Origin: an uncultured bacterium
GTDB taxonomy: Bacteria; Omnitrophota; Omnitrophia; Omnitrophales; Aquincolibacteriaceae
Direction of reading: 5' to 3'
NCBI GenBank assembly: GCA_964460795.1
Contig: CAYWRU010000002.1
Location: 1,173-65,172 of the forward strand
Length of the DNA: 64,000 nt
Every line of letters begins with the position of its first letter. Within the stretch, counting starts at the first letter, position 1. Position numbers and translations under genes: made by a program. The notes below the pieces were generated by a model. It ran no database searches. It saw nothing but the letters and a program-made list of their open reading frames with translations, and was not told the DNA's origin. Below are positions 41,910-52,540 of this stretch, piece after piece.

Positions 41910-43661
41910 TTATGGAGTGAATTGCAGATCGTAGAGTTTGCGGTAGGCGCCGCCTTCTTGGAGAAGCGACTGATTCGTTCCCTGCTGAATAATGCGCCCT
42001 TCATTCAAAACCAGAATGCGGTCTGCATTTTGAATGGTGGAAAGCCGGTGCGCAATGACAAAAACCGTGCGCCCTTTCATCGCGTTCTCAAGCGCTTTTT
42101 GAACTTCGCGCTCGCTTTCCGTATCCAAATGCGAAGTCGCCTCGTCCAGGATTAATATCGGCGGATTTTTGAGAAGCGCACGCGCAATGGCAATTCTTTG
42201 GCGCTGACCTCCTGAAAGTTTAAGTCCCCGCTCTCCCAGATTCGTGTCGTAGCCCTTAGGCAGCTCTTCGATAAAATGATCCGCATAAGCAATGTCAGCA
42301 GCTTTCTTAACTTCCTCGAGCGTCGCCGTATCTTTTCCGTAGGCAATATTGTCCCGCACGGTGTTATTAAAAAGAATCGTGTCCTGAGTCACAATTCCAA
42401 TCTGATCACGGAGAGACTTCAAAGAAAAGGAGCGGATATCTTTCCCATTGATCCGAATCGCACCCTGAATCGGATCATAAAAACGAAGAAGTAAATTTAC
42501 AAGCGTTGATTTTCCCGAACCGCTCGAGCCCACAAGCGCCACAATTTCACCGCGCTTTACACGAAAATCAATATTTTTTAAAACAGGTTTAGCGGCATCA
42601 TATTCAAATGAGACTTGCTCATAAGCCACATCCGTGACTGGCCCCGTAAATGGTTCTGAGCCGTCGCGATTTTCCACGCTCGGAACAGAATCCAACACCT
42701 CAAAAATACGTGTGCCGGCCGCCATGGCCTGCTGAATCGTACTATTCACTTTGCTCAGTTTTTTAAGCGGCTCATAGAGAATAAAAAGGGATCCCACGAA
42801 AGCGCCGAATCGGTCCGCGGGTAAATGTTTCAGCGCAAACCAAACAGCCAGAGCCACCCCGATCGCGCCCATGACCTCAATCAAAGGTCTTTGAATGATC
42901 GTCACGCGAATGGTCTTCTTAAAAAACTCAAAAACGTTTTTGTTAATCTGCTCAAAACGAGCAATTTCCTTTTCTTCGCAATTAAAAGCTTTCACAATTT
43001 GAATACCCAAAAGACTCTCGCCAATAAATGCGGTAATGTCGGCGGCGCGTTCCTGCATTTTTCGAGTGTTGCGACGCATGCTTCGGCCTAAATAAATAAT
43101 GGGAATCGCAGCAAGAGGAAAGACCACCACCGCATACACCGCATATTGCCCGCCCCAGATAAAAATGAACGGGATGCTGTATAAAATGGTGAAGGGCTGC
43201 TTGATGACATCCTCAACCACATTGGTCAAGGCCCCTTGAATGGCACCCACATCATTAATGATCCGGCTTAAAAAATCTCCGGTCCGTCCTTTGGAATAAT
43301 AATCACTGGAGAGGTGTACCAAGTGGCGATATAAATCATCGCGGACTTTGCGGACAATTTTAATGCCCACCATGGACATTTCATATTGAGAGATGAATTC
43401 AAACAAGCTCCGTCCTAAAAAAACTCCGATGATAATAACGGGGATCCAATAGGTGGGAAACCGAATATCCACCTTCCAGGGCAGATTCGGAAAATTATTA
43501 ATGATAACTTCGCTTTTATTTTGTAATCCATTGATGGTGATGTAAGCGGTCAGCGATATCAGGGCAGAGAAAAAAGCGGTCCCTTGACCTGCAAAGATCG
43601 CCGTTACCATGCGCCAGCGATGAGGCTTTACATATTGTAGAAGCCGTTGATAAGTCCCCAT
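41910..43661 (-). CDS. msbA: ABC exporter, fused permease/ATPase (MsbA-like lipid A flippase)
   Basis: 583 aa with six N-terminal TM helices, Walker A GSSGSGKST, signature LSGGQRQR and Walker B ILILDEATS. It sits in a lipid A gene neighbourhood. Confidence 0.8.
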   Translation of the reverse strand: MGTYQRLLQYVKPHRWRMVTAIFAGQGTAFFSALISLTAYITINGLQNKSEVIINNFPNLPWKVDIRFPTYWIPVIIIGVFLGRSLFEFISQYEMSMVGIKIVRKVRDDLYRHLVHLSSDYYSKGRTGDFLSRIINDVGAIQGALTNVVEDVIKQPFTILYSIPFIFIWGGQYAVYAVVVFPLAAIPIIYLGRSMRRNTRKMQERAADITAFIGESLLGIQIVKAFNCEEKEIARFEQINKNVFEFFKKTIRVTIIQRPLIEVMGAIGVALAVWFALKHLPADRFGAFVGSLFILYEPLKKLSKVNSTIQQAMAAGTRIFEVLDSVPSVENRDGSEPFTGPVTDVAYEQVSFEYDAAKPVLKNIDFRVKRGEIVALVGSSGSGKSTLVNLLLRFYDPIQGAIRINGKDIRSFSLKSLRDQIGIVTQDTILFNNTVRDNIAYGKDTATLEEVKKAADIAYADHFIEELPKGYDTNLGERGLKLSGGQRQRIAIARALLKNPPILILDEATSHLDTESEREVQKALENAMKGRTVFVIAHRLSTIQNADRILVLNEGRIIQQGTNQSLLQEGGAYRKLYDLQFTP

Positions 43662-43758
43662 AAACTCCCAGTTAAAAGTCGAATTCTGATCGCGAGAAGG
43701 TTATTGTGAGTGTGAATCAATTTGGAATGTCGATAAGGTGTGTACTGTAACATATTCA

Positions 43759-43788
43759 TTGACACCTCACAAGCATCTTTGCTACGAT
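43759..43788 (+). promoter_or_regulatory. Candidate sigma-70 promoter for the oxidoreductase-lpxB unit
   Basis: TTGACA (43759-43764), an 18-nt spacer, then TACGAT (43783-43788). It lies ~55 nt upstream of the ATG at 43844. Confidence 0.4.
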
Positions 43789-43843
43789 AAATTCCTCATG
43801 AAATCACACCTAACCTATTCTATACCAAAGAGATAGATCAAGC

Positions 43844-44809
43844 ATGCTGCGCGTTGCGGTCATTGGAATCGGCCACTTGGGAAAAGAGCATGCCCGAATC
43901 TACAGCACCCTTCCAAACTGCAAATTAGTGGGCCTTTGCGATAAGGATTCTTCCAAAAAAGAACGAGCCGAGGCTCTTGGCGTACCTTTTTTTACAGACC
44001 CCAAAGATCTGATCGGAAAGGTGGACGCCATCAGTGTGGCGGTTCCGACTTCAGAACATTTCAGCGTAGCTTCTCTCTTTCTATCGAACGGTGTACACAC
44101 TCTCATTGAAAAGCCCATCACGATCCGCATCCAAGATGCGGATGAACTCATCGCGCTGGCACGAAAAAACAAACTCTGCCTTCAAGTCGGACATATTGAA
44201 CGTCACAATCCCGGGCTTCGACGCATTGAAGAAATCGCCAAGAATATCCGCTTCATGGAAATTCACCGCCTGGGTCCCTTTACCGGGCGTATTAATGATT
44301 GCGGCGTGGTCTTGGATTTAATGATTCATGACATTGATATTGTGTTCAGCCTCGTTAAATCCGAGATTCAAAGTTATGACGCCATCGGGGTCAGCGTCCT
44401 CACTCCTTTTGAAGATATTGCCAATGTTCGCCTGAAATTTAAAAATGGCGCCGTGGTCGATCTGACGGCTTCGCGTCTCAGTCCGGAAAAACAACGCAAG
44501 ATCCGCATTTTTCAGGAAGATGCTTATATTTCACTCGATTACGGCGATCAAAGCGCAAAAATTTTTAGAAAAATTGGTTTTCAAATTACTCAAGAGATCG
44601 TGGACATCCAAAAGGCTGAGCCGCTAAAAGAAGAATTGCAATATTTTCTCCGCCAAATTGAAACCGGAGAAGGATTGGGACATCCGGATGAAGCGGCTCG
44701 TGAAGCGCTACGGTTTGCAGCCGACATTGTTGAAACCATCAAAAACAATCAAAAGGTCATAAATTCGAATCTCGAAGCACGAAATCCGAAACAAACTCAA
44801 AAATCATAA
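43844..44809 (+). CDS. Gfo/Idh/MocA-family NAD(P)-dependent oxidoreductase
   Basis: 321 aa with a Rossmann fold (LRVAVIGIGHLGKEH) and the EKP motif (LIEKPIT). The last ~16 codons are encoded by a repeat element. Confidence 0.8.
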   Translation: MLRVAVIGIGHLGKEHARIYSTLPNCKLVGLCDKDSSKKERAEALGVPFFTDPKDLIGKVDAISVAVPTSEHFSVASLFLSNGVHTLIEKPITIRIQDADELIALARKNKLCLQVGHIERHNPGLRRIEEIAKNIRFMEIHRLGPFTGRINDCGVVLDLMIHDIDIVFSLVKSEIQSYDAIGVSVLTPFEDIANVRLKFKNGAVVDLTASRLSPEKQRKIRIFQEDAYISLDYGDQSAKIFRKIGFQITQEIVDIQKAEPLKEELQYFLRQIETGEGLGHPDEAAREALRFAADIVETIKNNQKVINSNLEARNPKQTQKS

Positions 44810-44885
44810 ATTCGAATGTTTCAAACATTTGAAAATTTGAACTTAGGTATTGTTTCGAATTTCGGATTTAGGATTTTTAAATTTA
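44761..44885. repeat. Family-B element, full inverted-repeat copy, spanning the oxidoreductase stop and the lpxB upstream region
   Basis: The left arm is aaattcgaatctcgaagcacgaaatccgaaac and the right arm is gtttcgaatttcggatttaggattttt. The left arm encodes the last ~16 codons (INSNLEARNPKQTQKS) of the 43844-44809 ORF. The right arm creates the spurious N-terminal extension of the lpxB ORF. Confidence 0.65.
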
Positions 44886-44890
44886 AGCGA

Positions 44891-46033
44891 ATGACAAAAA
44901 AGCTATTCATGATTGCTTGTGAGCCTTCCGGAGACACTCACGGCGCAGCCCTAATCCGCGAACTCAAAAAAATCTCTCCTGGCCTTCAGATCAAGGGCCT
45001 CGGCGGTCCGCGCATGGCCGAAGCCGGCGCTGAACTTCTTTTTGATATGACGACCCTGTCCGCTCTAGGACTAGGCGATGTGATCCGCCTCTATTTTCGA
45101 TACCGTAAAATTTTCTATCAGGCCTTGCGAGAAGTCGAGAGCCTCAAACCGGACGCTATCATCGCTATTGATTCTCCTGCTTTTAATTTGCGATTCGCTA
45201 AAAAAATAAAAAAACGTTTTCCTTTTATTTATTATATTTCGCCGCAGATTTGGGCTTGGGGCGAACAGCGCATTCATGTAATTCGAAAAAACATTTCGCT
45301 CATGCTGTCGATTCTTCCTTTTGAAAAAAAACTGTACGATCAAGAGGGTGTTCCTTGTGAATTTGTCGGCCATCCTCTTTTGGATCATTTGGGACCGACA
45401 AAATCGCGAGCAGAAGCCCGTCTTCCCTGGAAACTTTCGGACAAAGATATTGCACTCGGTCTTTTTGCAGGATCCAGAAAAAAGGAGGTGGAGCGAATCT
45501 TTCCACTGATGCTTGAAACGGCGCGGCAAATCAAAAAAATGCTGCCAGGCGCCCTCTTTTTTTCTCCGCTTTCACGTAATGTTTCGCGCAAGGTTTATGA
45601 TACGATTCTAAAAAAATTTGAGGATGTTCCAGTTCGCTTGGTGGAAAATACGCTGCCTGATCTTGCGCCGGCTTTAGATTTTGCCCTCGTCACCTCTGGC
45701 ACAGCTACTTTGGAAACAGCGCTTTTAGGAACGCCTTATTTTCTCCTCTACAAAGCAAGCCGATCGACTTATTGGCTTGGCAAACATCTCATCCGTGTTC
45801 CGTACCTGGGGCTGGTCAATCTTTTGGCTGGGAAAAGCGTGGTGCCTGAATTTATCCAAAATGATATCAAGCCGGATCACATTGCGGATGAAGTCCATCA
45901 CATCTTGAAACATCCTGAGTTGATGGAAGTAATGCGTTCTGATTTTGATCGCGTGCGGGAAAAATTGGGCCGAAGCGGCGCCAGCGAACGAGCGGCAAAA
46001 ATTATTTTGGCTGAGATCAAAAAATCCGTCTAA
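44891..46033 (+). CDS. lpxB: Lipid-A-disaccharide synthase
   Basis: MTKKLFMIACEPSGDTHGAALIREL is a GT19 N-terminus. I chose the start at 44891, because the track's 44816 start lies in the repeat. Confidence 0.85.
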   Translation: MTKKLFMIACEPSGDTHGAALIRELKKISPGLQIKGLGGPRMAEAGAELLFDMTTLSALGLGDVIRLYFRYRKIFYQALREVESLKPDAIIAIDSPAFNLRFAKKIKKRFPFIYYISPQIWAWGEQRIHVIRKNISLMLSILPFEKKLYDQEGVPCEFVGHPLLDHLGPTKSRAEARLPWKLSDKDIALGLFAGSRKKEVERIFPLMLETARQIKKMLPGALFFSPLSRNVSRKVYDTILKKFEDVPVRLVENTLPDLAPALDFALVTSGTATLETALLGTPYFLLYKASRSTYWLGKHLIRVPYLGLVNLLAGKSVVPEFIQNDIKPDHIADEVHHILKHPELMEVMRSDFDRVREKLGRSGASERAAKIILAEIKKSV

Positions 46034-46404
46034 GTAGTTTTGGGAAAAACAGACTTAGTTGGATCAAGCCCGTCCAAAAGCTGCCAAGGGAATTCCGGAT
46101 TTAAAATAGGCTGGTACCCGGCCGGGGAAGCCACCGGGAAGCTCACAATCTCTGCCGCGCCCACCACCGCACGCCCCACCATAGCCATGGACCCCTTGCC
46201 AATCCCCAGAAACCATCCCGGAGGAAAGCTCTCAACCTTATTTTCTTTTTTGATGTTATAAAGAAGTTCGATGGGAGAAAGAGCGATATTCAAAAAACCA
46301 CGCTGCAGTTTGCGAAGTGGGGTTCCTACCGGTTCTAACTCGGCAGCATAAACTGCAGGAACTACCCACGCAAAGAGCATCAAGCATGCAAAGAATTTCT
46401 TCAT
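46030..46404 (-). CDS. Small secreted protein (resembles the small exosortase-system-associated protein family)
   Basis: 124 aa with a signal peptide (MKKFFACLMLFAWVVPAVYA) and the RKLQRGFLNIALSPIEL pattern. Assigned from memory of the family only. Confidence 0.4.
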   Translation of the reverse strand: MKKFFACLMLFAWVVPAVYAAELEPVGTPLRKLQRGFLNIALSPIELLYNIKKENKVESFPPGWFLGIGKGSMAMVGRAVVGAAEIVSFPVASPAGYQPILNPEFPWQLLDGLDPTKSVFPKTT

Positions 46405-46486
46405 TACTCACCTCAGTGCTGTGGAATAAGGAGAGAGAACGGATTGTCTAAATTTAGCCATTCTTTCTACTCTCTACTCTTTTCTT

Positions 46487-47971
46487 TTAAATATCAAAGT
46501 ACATATAAAATTCGTGCGGATGCGGACGCACCCGAATTGCTTCGATCTCCACTTCCCGTTTAAAGGCCAGCCAGGTGTCGATCACATCTTTGGTAAAGAC
46601 CCCGCCCTCAAGAAGGAAATCATGATCCCGCTCCAAAGCATTCAGCGCCTCCTCCAAAGAAGTCGGAACCGTGCGAAGACGCATGCGCTCTTCTGCTGAA
46701 AGTTCCTCAAAGGTTTTATCCATAGGCTGCCCCGGATCAATTTGATTTTTAATCCCGTCCAAACCTGCCATCAAAATGGCGGAAAAAAGCAGATAAGGAT
46801 TAGCACTCGGATCCGGCGCGCGAAATTCAATGCGCTTAGAGGCCGGGGCATTGGAGTACATGGGAATCCGGCACGCTGCCGAGCGATTGCGTGAAGAATA
46901 AACCAAATGGATCGGAGCCTCGGACCCCGGAACTAATCGACGATAAGAATTCGTGGTGGGAGCTCCAAAGGCCAAAAGCGCCTTTGCATGTTTTAAAATT
47001 CCGCCAAGATACCATTTACAAAGCTGACTGATGGAGGCATATCCTTTTTCATCAAAAAATAAATTTTCGCCTTTCTTGACCAAGCTTGTATGAATATGCA
47101 TGCCAGAACCGTTATCATTAAAAATAGGTTTCGGCATAAAGGTCGCTGTTTTGTTATATTTACGCGCCGTATTTTTCACCACATACTTGACCATCATGCA
47201 GCAATCAGCTGTCTTGGTGAGTGCTGCATATTTAATATCAAGTTCGGATTGTCCGGCCGTAGCCACTTCATGATGATGACACTCCACGGGGATACCCATG
47301 CGGCGGAGAGTAATCATCATCTCGGAACGAATGTCCTGAAGCGTGTCATGCGGCGGTGCAGGAAAATAACCTTCTTTGTAGCGGGGCTTGTAACCCAAAT
47401 TCGGCTTCTCTTCTTTCCCAGTATTCCAATCCCCTTCCACCGAATCAATAAAATAGTAGCCAAAATTTTCTCCCTGATCGAAACGGATATCATCAAACAT
47501 GAAAAATTCCATTTCCGGACCCCAAAAACTGATATCTGCGATGGCGGTTTTAGTTAGATAGGCTTCAGCCTTTTTCGCCACAAATCGTGGATCGCGGCTG
47601 TACGGTTCTTTGGTGATCGGATCATAAAGATCGCAAATAATACTTAGCGTGGGGATTTGCGCCACAGGATCCAGCACTGCCGTGGTGGGATCAGGTACAA
47701 GCAGCATGTCGCTTTCCTGGATTTTCTTAAACCCGCGGATCGTGGATCCGTCAAACCCAATACCGTGACGCCACAAACTTCTTTCATCCTGAATGTTCCG
47801 AAGAAGTTCAGCTGCAGGAATGGAAAAGTGCTGCCAGAGCCCCGGTAAATCATTAAATTTAAAATCAATAATTTGGATTTTGTGCTCGGCAATATAGGCA
47901 CGGATTTCTTCCGGAGTTTTGGGCCGTGGATCTCCTAAATTTTCATCGCTAGCCGTTACAAGAGTCGACAT
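46487..47971 (-). CDS. glnA: Glutamine synthetase (type I-like)
   Basis: 494 aa with FKFNDLPGLWQHFSIP in the N-domain and NGSGMHIHTSL in the catalytic region. Confidence 0.9.
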   Translation of the reverse strand: MSTLVTASDENLGDPRPKTPEEIRAYIAEHKIQIIDFKFNDLPGLWQHFSIPAAELLRNIQDERSLWRHGIGFDGSTIRGFKKIQESDMLLVPDPTTAVLDPVAQIPTLSIICDLYDPITKEPYSRDPRFVAKKAEAYLTKTAIADISFWGPEMEFFMFDDIRFDQGENFGYYFIDSVEGDWNTGKEEKPNLGYKPRYKEGYFPAPPHDTLQDIRSEMMITLRRMGIPVECHHHEVATAGQSELDIKYAALTKTADCCMMVKYVVKNTARKYNKTATFMPKPIFNDNGSGMHIHTSLVKKGENLFFDEKGYASISQLCKWYLGGILKHAKALLAFGAPTTNSYRRLVPGSEAPIHLVYSSRNRSAACRIPMYSNAPASKRIEFRAPDPSANPYLLFSAILMAGLDGIKNQIDPGQPMDKTFEELSAEERMRLRTVPTSLEEALNALERDHDFLLEGGVFTKDVIDTWLAFKREVEIEAIRVRPHPHEFYMYFDI

Positions 47972-48004
47972 GTTTCACCTCGGGAATTCGTTAAAATAAA
48001 ATGC

Positions 48005-49627
48005 TTACGAAGAAGCTCCGGGATAGTCCTTGAGTCCATAATTCTTGATCTTATAACCCAAAATACGTTCCGTGACACCCAAAATCTGAGCTGCTTTCCG
48101 CTGATTGCCGCCCGTTCGCTTGAGCGCGTCGCGAATCATGGCTTTTTCCAGCTGTTCCACGGATTCACTAAGCGATTCGCTCTTGCCAGAAGCCGGAGTG
48201 AGCGGAGTCAGCGGAACAACGCCCGCCTCGGGCTGTTCCATTTGAAGTTTCATGCCCGTAATCGGAAAGTGTTCCGGCAAAAGGAGTGAGCTGCGGCATA
48301 AAATAACTGCACGCTCCATGGCATTTTCCAGTTCCCGGACATTGCCCGGCCAAGAATAATTCATGAGCCATTCTAAAGCTTCAGGAGAAATCTCATGAAC
48401 AGCCTTGTGATTTTCCTGACAGGCCTTAACCACAAAATGATTCACTAAAAGCGGAATATCTTCACGCCGTTCACGGATGGAAGGAATAAAAATTGGAACC
48501 ACATTGAGCCGGTAATAAAGATCCTCGCGAAATCGGCCGGCGCGAACTTCTGACTCAAGATCTTTATTCGTCGCAGCAATCAAACGGAGATCCACGCGAA
48601 CTGTTTTCGTTCCGCCTAAGCGTTCAAACTCGCGCTCCTGAAGCACACGAAGGAGTTTGACTTGAGTACTCAGCGAAATGTCTCCAATCTCGTCTAAAAA
48701 CAAAGTCCCTTGATGCGCCAATTCAAAACGTCCCATTTTTGTGGCAGTCGCGCCGGTAAAAGCCCCTTTTTCATATCCAAAAAGTTCGCTTTCAAGTAAA
48801 TTTTCCGGAAGCGCCGCGCAGGATACCTTGATGAATGGCCCCTCAGCACGATCGCTATGATAATGAATGGCGTGCGCAATAAGCTCTTTCCCGGTCCCGC
48901 TCTCACCGCGCAACAGCACTGTGGCCCGCGTCTGACTCACTAGCTCTACAGAGGCGAGAACATCTTCCATGCGCCGGCTTTCGCCCACAATATTTTTGGG
49001 ATGAAATTTTTTACGCAGTTGACTTTTGAGCCGCTCATTCTCATTTTGGAGCAGTTCGCGCTGTTCTTTGACTTTGAGATAATTTTGCGCGGCCTGAGCA
49101 ATCATGGAACTGAGAATGGTCAGGAGTCTGACATCCTCATCAAGCGAAATACCTTCCTTAAAAAGACGGTCTACGCTGAGCGCTCCGATGGTTTTTTGAT
49201 CGAGCTTGAGCGGGACGCAAATAAAAGCAATATTACTTTTTCGAAGATCGCCACGCGCCCCAGTCCGGTTCAGAAAGAGCGGCTCATCTCCCACATTGGG
49301 AACCACAATGGGTTCTCCGGCAGCAACCACTTTCCCCGTAATGCCTTCTCCTAGCCGGTAGCGGCCACGGGTCATGGCCTCTTTTTGCATACCATGCGCG
49401 ACTTCAATAAATATTTCCTGAGTCTTGTCATCCAAAAGTGTGAGCGTGCCGCGCTCCATCCCCATTTCTCGGTGGAGAATTTGTAGGACGCGGTTCATGA
49501 CTTCTTCAAGATCGAGTGACGAATTGATGGCGCTCGAAATCTCATACAGCGTCCGAAGTTCAGCGTATTTTCGCTCGGGTCCTGCGGAGGATTTGTCCGG
49601 ATCCGGATTTCCTAAAGGAATGTTCAC
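48005..49627 (-). CDS. Sigma-54-dependent transcriptional activator, GAF-AAA+-Fis HTH (NifA/NtrC family)
   Basis: 540 aa with [21 protein letters not shown], and a C-terminal [25 protein letters not shown]. The GTG start overlaps the lpxI stop (GTGA). Confidence 0.85.
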   Translation of the reverse strand: MNIPLGNPDPDKSSAGPERKYAELRTLYEISSAINSSLDLEEVMNRVLQILHREMGMERGTLTLLDDKTQEIFIEVAHGMQKEAMTRGRYRLGEGITGKVVAAGEPIVVPNVGDEPLFLNRTGARGDLRKSNIAFICVPLKLDQKTIGALSVDRLFKEGISLDEDVRLLTILSSMIAQAAQNYLKVKEQRELLQNENERLKSQLRKKFHPKNIVGESRRMEDVLASVELVSQTRATVLLRGESGTGKELIAHAIHYHSDRAEGPFIKVSCAALPENLLESELFGYEKGAFTGATATKMGRFELAHQGTLFLDEIGDISLSTQVKLLRVLQEREFERLGGTKTVRVDLRLIAATNKDLESEVRAGRFREDLYYRLNVVPIFIPSIRERREDIPLLVNHFVVKACQENHKAVHEISPEALEWLMNYSWPGNVRELENAMERAVILCRSSLLLPEHFPITGMKLQMEQPEAGVVPLTPLTPASGKSESLSESVEQLEKAMIRDALKRTGGNQRKAAQILGVTERILGYKIKNYGLKDYPGASS

Positions 49628-50454
49628 ACAAAATCCTTTTCTGTAATTCCTACAAGAGCAATTTTGGCGCGGTCCGCGGCACGAATCACTTCTTCCTGCT
49701 CAAGAAAAATGGTCCTCCCGGCCTCAAAGGCCAATGCGCTGGCTTTGGCGCGGATAAGGGATTCGAGAGTCTGTAGCCCCACGGTCGGGACATCAAATCG
49801 AAGGTCCTGTTTTGGTTTAGCGACTTTGATCACCGTGATATTTCCCCGGGCAAGTTCTCCGCCGCGGAGGATGGCTTGGTCCGTTCCCTCAATTGCTTCC
49901 ACAGCTATCACGGCCTTCTTTTTAACAATCACAGTTTGACCAATATCAAGTCCGGCAATTTCTTTGGCCATTTTATATCCAAAACGGATATCTTCCCAAA
50001 TTTCCTTGGAGGGTTTGATTTTGCCGAGGACACCCGCTTGAGGCATAGCCTCACGCACCCACGAGGTAGAATCCAAAATTTGCACTCCTTGTTTTTCCAA
50101 ATAATCTGCAATGGCTCCCAAAAGCGAGTCGTCTTTAAAATCCCGCGTCTTCAGGAGCACTTTCACCATTTCAAGATCCGGCCGGATATGGCTTTGAAAA
50201 AGTTTGACCTTTTCCACCTTGCCGGCCATCACCACTTCCCGGGCATCTTCCGATTTGAAAAATTTGACCAGCCGGGACAGGGCTCCAATTTTAACCCAAG
50301 AAAAGACGTCCGCCAACGGTTGAAGATCAGGAGCCGCTTCCTTTTCAAGTCCGGCAATGACGACACGAAGGCCTTTTAAGCGGGCTTCCTGCGCCACAAG
50401 AAAAGGGAATTTTCCGTTTCCGGCAATGATTCCAAGAGTTTTCATAGCTGTCAA
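49624..50454 (-). CDS. lpxI: UDP-2,3-diacylglucosamine pyrophosphatase LpxI (DUF1009)
   Basis: 276 aa with an [16 protein letters not shown]-terminus. It lies adjacent to lpxA. Confidence 0.75.
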   Translation of the reverse strand: MTAMKTLGIIAGNGKFPFLVAQEARLKGLRVVIAGLEKEAAPDLQPLADVFSWVKIGALSRLVKFFKSEDAREVVMAGKVEKVKLFQSHIRPDLEMVKVLLKTRDFKDDSLLGAIADYLEKQGVQILDSTSWVREAMPQAGVLGKIKPSKEIWEDIRFGYKMAKEIAGLDIGQTVIVKKKAVIAVEAIEGTDQAILRGGELARGNITVIKVAKPKQDLRFDVPTVGLQTLESLIRAKASALAFEAGRTIFLEQEEVIRAADRAKIALVGITEKDFV

Positions 50455-50480
50455 ATCGCGCCGTCCCGGCCAATGAAAAT

Positions 50481-51251
50481 TTACCGGCAGATCCCACGCT
50501 TTGCATGAGAGAGAAAAGACAGGATCGTCTCAAGGTGGGGGTTCTCGGGCAGCTCAGTCTTGATTGTCTCCATGGCTTTCTTAAGGGTCAGGCCTGATTT
50601 AAAAATCAATTTGTTCGCTTTTTTAATTAAATCCCGATCTTCTTTGGAAAATTTGGCGCGCGTCAGGCCCACTAAATTCAGTCCACTAAACTGGGCCGGG
50701 TGTCCGTCTGCTACAATAAAAGGAGGAACATCTTGCGTCACTTTGGAACATCCTCCGATCAAAGCCATGTTCCCGATTTTCACAAATTGATGCACGGCGC
50801 TGAGGCCGCCAATAATGGCGCCATCTTCAACCATCACGTGCCCGGCCAGGGTGGCAACATTGGCAAGAATGGTTCGGTTTTTGACAATGCAATCATGCGC
50901 AACATGCGCATAAGCCATAAGAAGATTATCATTTCCGATCGAGGTTTCAGTGCCGGCTTTCGTGCCGGGATTGATCGTCACATATTCGCGGATTTTATTA
51001 CGGTCTCCGATTTTGAGATAGGTCACGCCACCGTCAAATTTTTTATCCTGGGTACGGCTGCCGATCACAGCACCAGAAAAAAATTCGTTATCCGCGCCGA
51101 TCGTGGTATTTCCTTCGATCGTAACGCGAGGACCCACAATCGTACGGGGACCAATTTTGACCGTTCCCGCAATGACCGAAAAAGGTCCAACCTCGACATC
51201 AGAAGCTAATTGGGCGTCCGGATGGACAATCGCCGTGGGATGAATACTCAC
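50481..51251 (-). CDS. lpxA: UDP-N-acetylglucosamine O-acyltransferase
   Basis: 256 aa, a left-handed beta-helix of hexapeptide repeats (IHPTAIVHPDAQLASDVEVGPFSVI). Confidence 0.9.
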   Translation of the reverse strand: MSIHPTAIVHPDAQLASDVEVGPFSVIAGTVKIGPRTIVGPRVTIEGNTTIGADNEFFSGAVIGSRTQDKKFDGGVTYLKIGDRNKIREYVTINPGTKAGTETSIGNDNLLMAYAHVAHDCIVKNRTILANVATLAGHVMVEDGAIIGGLSAVHQFVKIGNMALIGGCSKVTQDVPPFIVADGHPAQFSGLNLVGLTRAKFSKEDRDLIKKANKLIFKSGLTLKKAMETIKTELPENPHLETILSFLSHAKRGICR

Positions 51252-52540
51252 CGCTCAACCACCGCAAACTTTACTTCTGCTTCGCACACAAGCTTATCTC
51301 CCACATAGGCCATGCCCGTGCATTGACCGGTGCGGCCACGAAGTTTTTTAACTTCCACTTCCATCCTGAGTTCATCACCCGGCTGGACCGGTTGACGAAA
51401 TTTAGCGGAATCAATGCTCATAAAATAAGCTATTTTATTCCGGTTTTCAGGCTTACTTAGCATGATCACACCGCCCACCTGGGCCATGGCTTCAATAATA
51501 ATCACGCCCGGCATGACCGGATGCCCTGGAAAATGCCCCTGAAAATAATAATCATTCATGGTCACCTGTTTAAACCCCGTAGCGCGCACTCCGGGCTCAA
51601 AGCGCTCAATCCGGTCCACAAATAAAAAAGGATAACGATGCGGAAGAATCTTCTGGATGTCCTGAACATTTAAAACGGATGACGTGATCGGTTCGTTTGA
51701 GGCATCTGAATTTTCGAGACTCATAAGCACCTTTCTTGCAAATTCAATATTCAGCGAGTGACCGCTCCGGGAAGCAATCACATGCCCCCGTAAAAATCCC
51801 CCTAAAAGAAATAAATCTCCGAGAAGATCCAGCATTTTGTGCCGGCACGCTTCATTTTCAAACCGAAGCGTGTTTTGGATCGGCAGATTTTTTTCAAACA
51901 CCAAAGTGTTGGAAACATTGGCTCCTTTTCCAAATCCCGCACTGAGCAAGGCTTCTGCTTCTTTTTTTAAGCAAAACGTGCGGGCTGGCGCCAGTTCTCT
52001 TTCAAAAACTTCAGGAAGAATAGGCAATGAAAAATGCTGATCTTCCAAATCTTCGTGGCGATAGCTCAGTGTATAGGAAATCCGAAACTGCGGTGCAGGA
52101 AGCACAATCAAAGATTGATCTCCCGCATCCACAAAGACCGGCCTCTTCACTTCTATCCACTTCCGCTCGGCTTCCTGATCCACCAGTCCGGCGGATAAAA
52201 TTCCACGCGCATATTCCTGCGCGCTTCCATCCATAGCCGGCAGTTCATCGCCTTCCACTTCCACAATCGCGTTATCTACACCGAGGCCGTGAAACGCGGC
52301 CATTAAATGTTCAATGGTGCGGATGATGCCGCCGCCTACCATTAAAGAGGTTTGTCTGAGTTCGTCCTGACGCACATGCTTGACCGTAGCACGCACCCGA
52401 ATCAAAGGATCTAAGTCCTTGCGGCAAAATTGAATGCCCGTGTCCGGATCAGCCGGAAGCACATTCATCCGAACTTCAAAACCGGTATGAAGCCCCTTCC
52501 CGTGAAAAAAAACAGGGGCCTGAAGCGTACGCTGTTTCAT
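51248..52540 (-). CDS. lpxC/fabZ: Bifunctional UDP-3-O-acyl-GlcNAc deacetylase / 3-hydroxyacyl-ACP dehydratase (LpxC-FabZ fusion)
   Basis: 430 aa. The N-terminal ~280 aa are LpxC-like. The C-terminal hot-dog fold carries LPHRYPFLFVDRI and GHFPGHPVMPGV. Confidence 0.85.
   Translation of the reverse strand: MKQRTLQAPVFFHGKGLHTGFEVRMNVLPADPDTGIQFCRKDLDPLIRVRATVKHVRQDELRQTSLMVGGGIIRTIEHLMAAFHGLGVDNAIVEVEGDELPAMDGSAQEYARGILSAGLVDQEAERKWIEVKRPVFVDAGDQSLIVLPAPQFRISYTLSYRHEDLEDQHFSLPILPEVFERELAPARTFCLKKEAEALLSAGFGKGANVSNTLVFEKNLPIQNTLRFENEACRHKMLDLLGDLFLLGGFLRGHVIASRSGHSLNIEFARKVLMSLENSDASNEPITSSVLNVQDIQKILPHRYPFLFVDRIERFEPGVRATGFKQVTMNDYYFQGHFPGHPVMPGVIIIEAMAQVGGVIMLSKPENRNKIAYFMSIDSAKFRQPVQPGDELRMEVEVKKLRGRTGQCTGMAYVGDKLVCEAEVKFAVVER

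Noticed and set aside
23407-44885. Whether the stuttered short repeats (GTCCATAG, CCAGTAAC, AAATTCGAA and others) could be CRISPR arrays.
   Set aside because: There is no regular repeat-spacer periodicity. The units are 7-9 nt and degenerate and are arranged as inverted arms. Several lie inside intact ORFs, and no cas genes are present.
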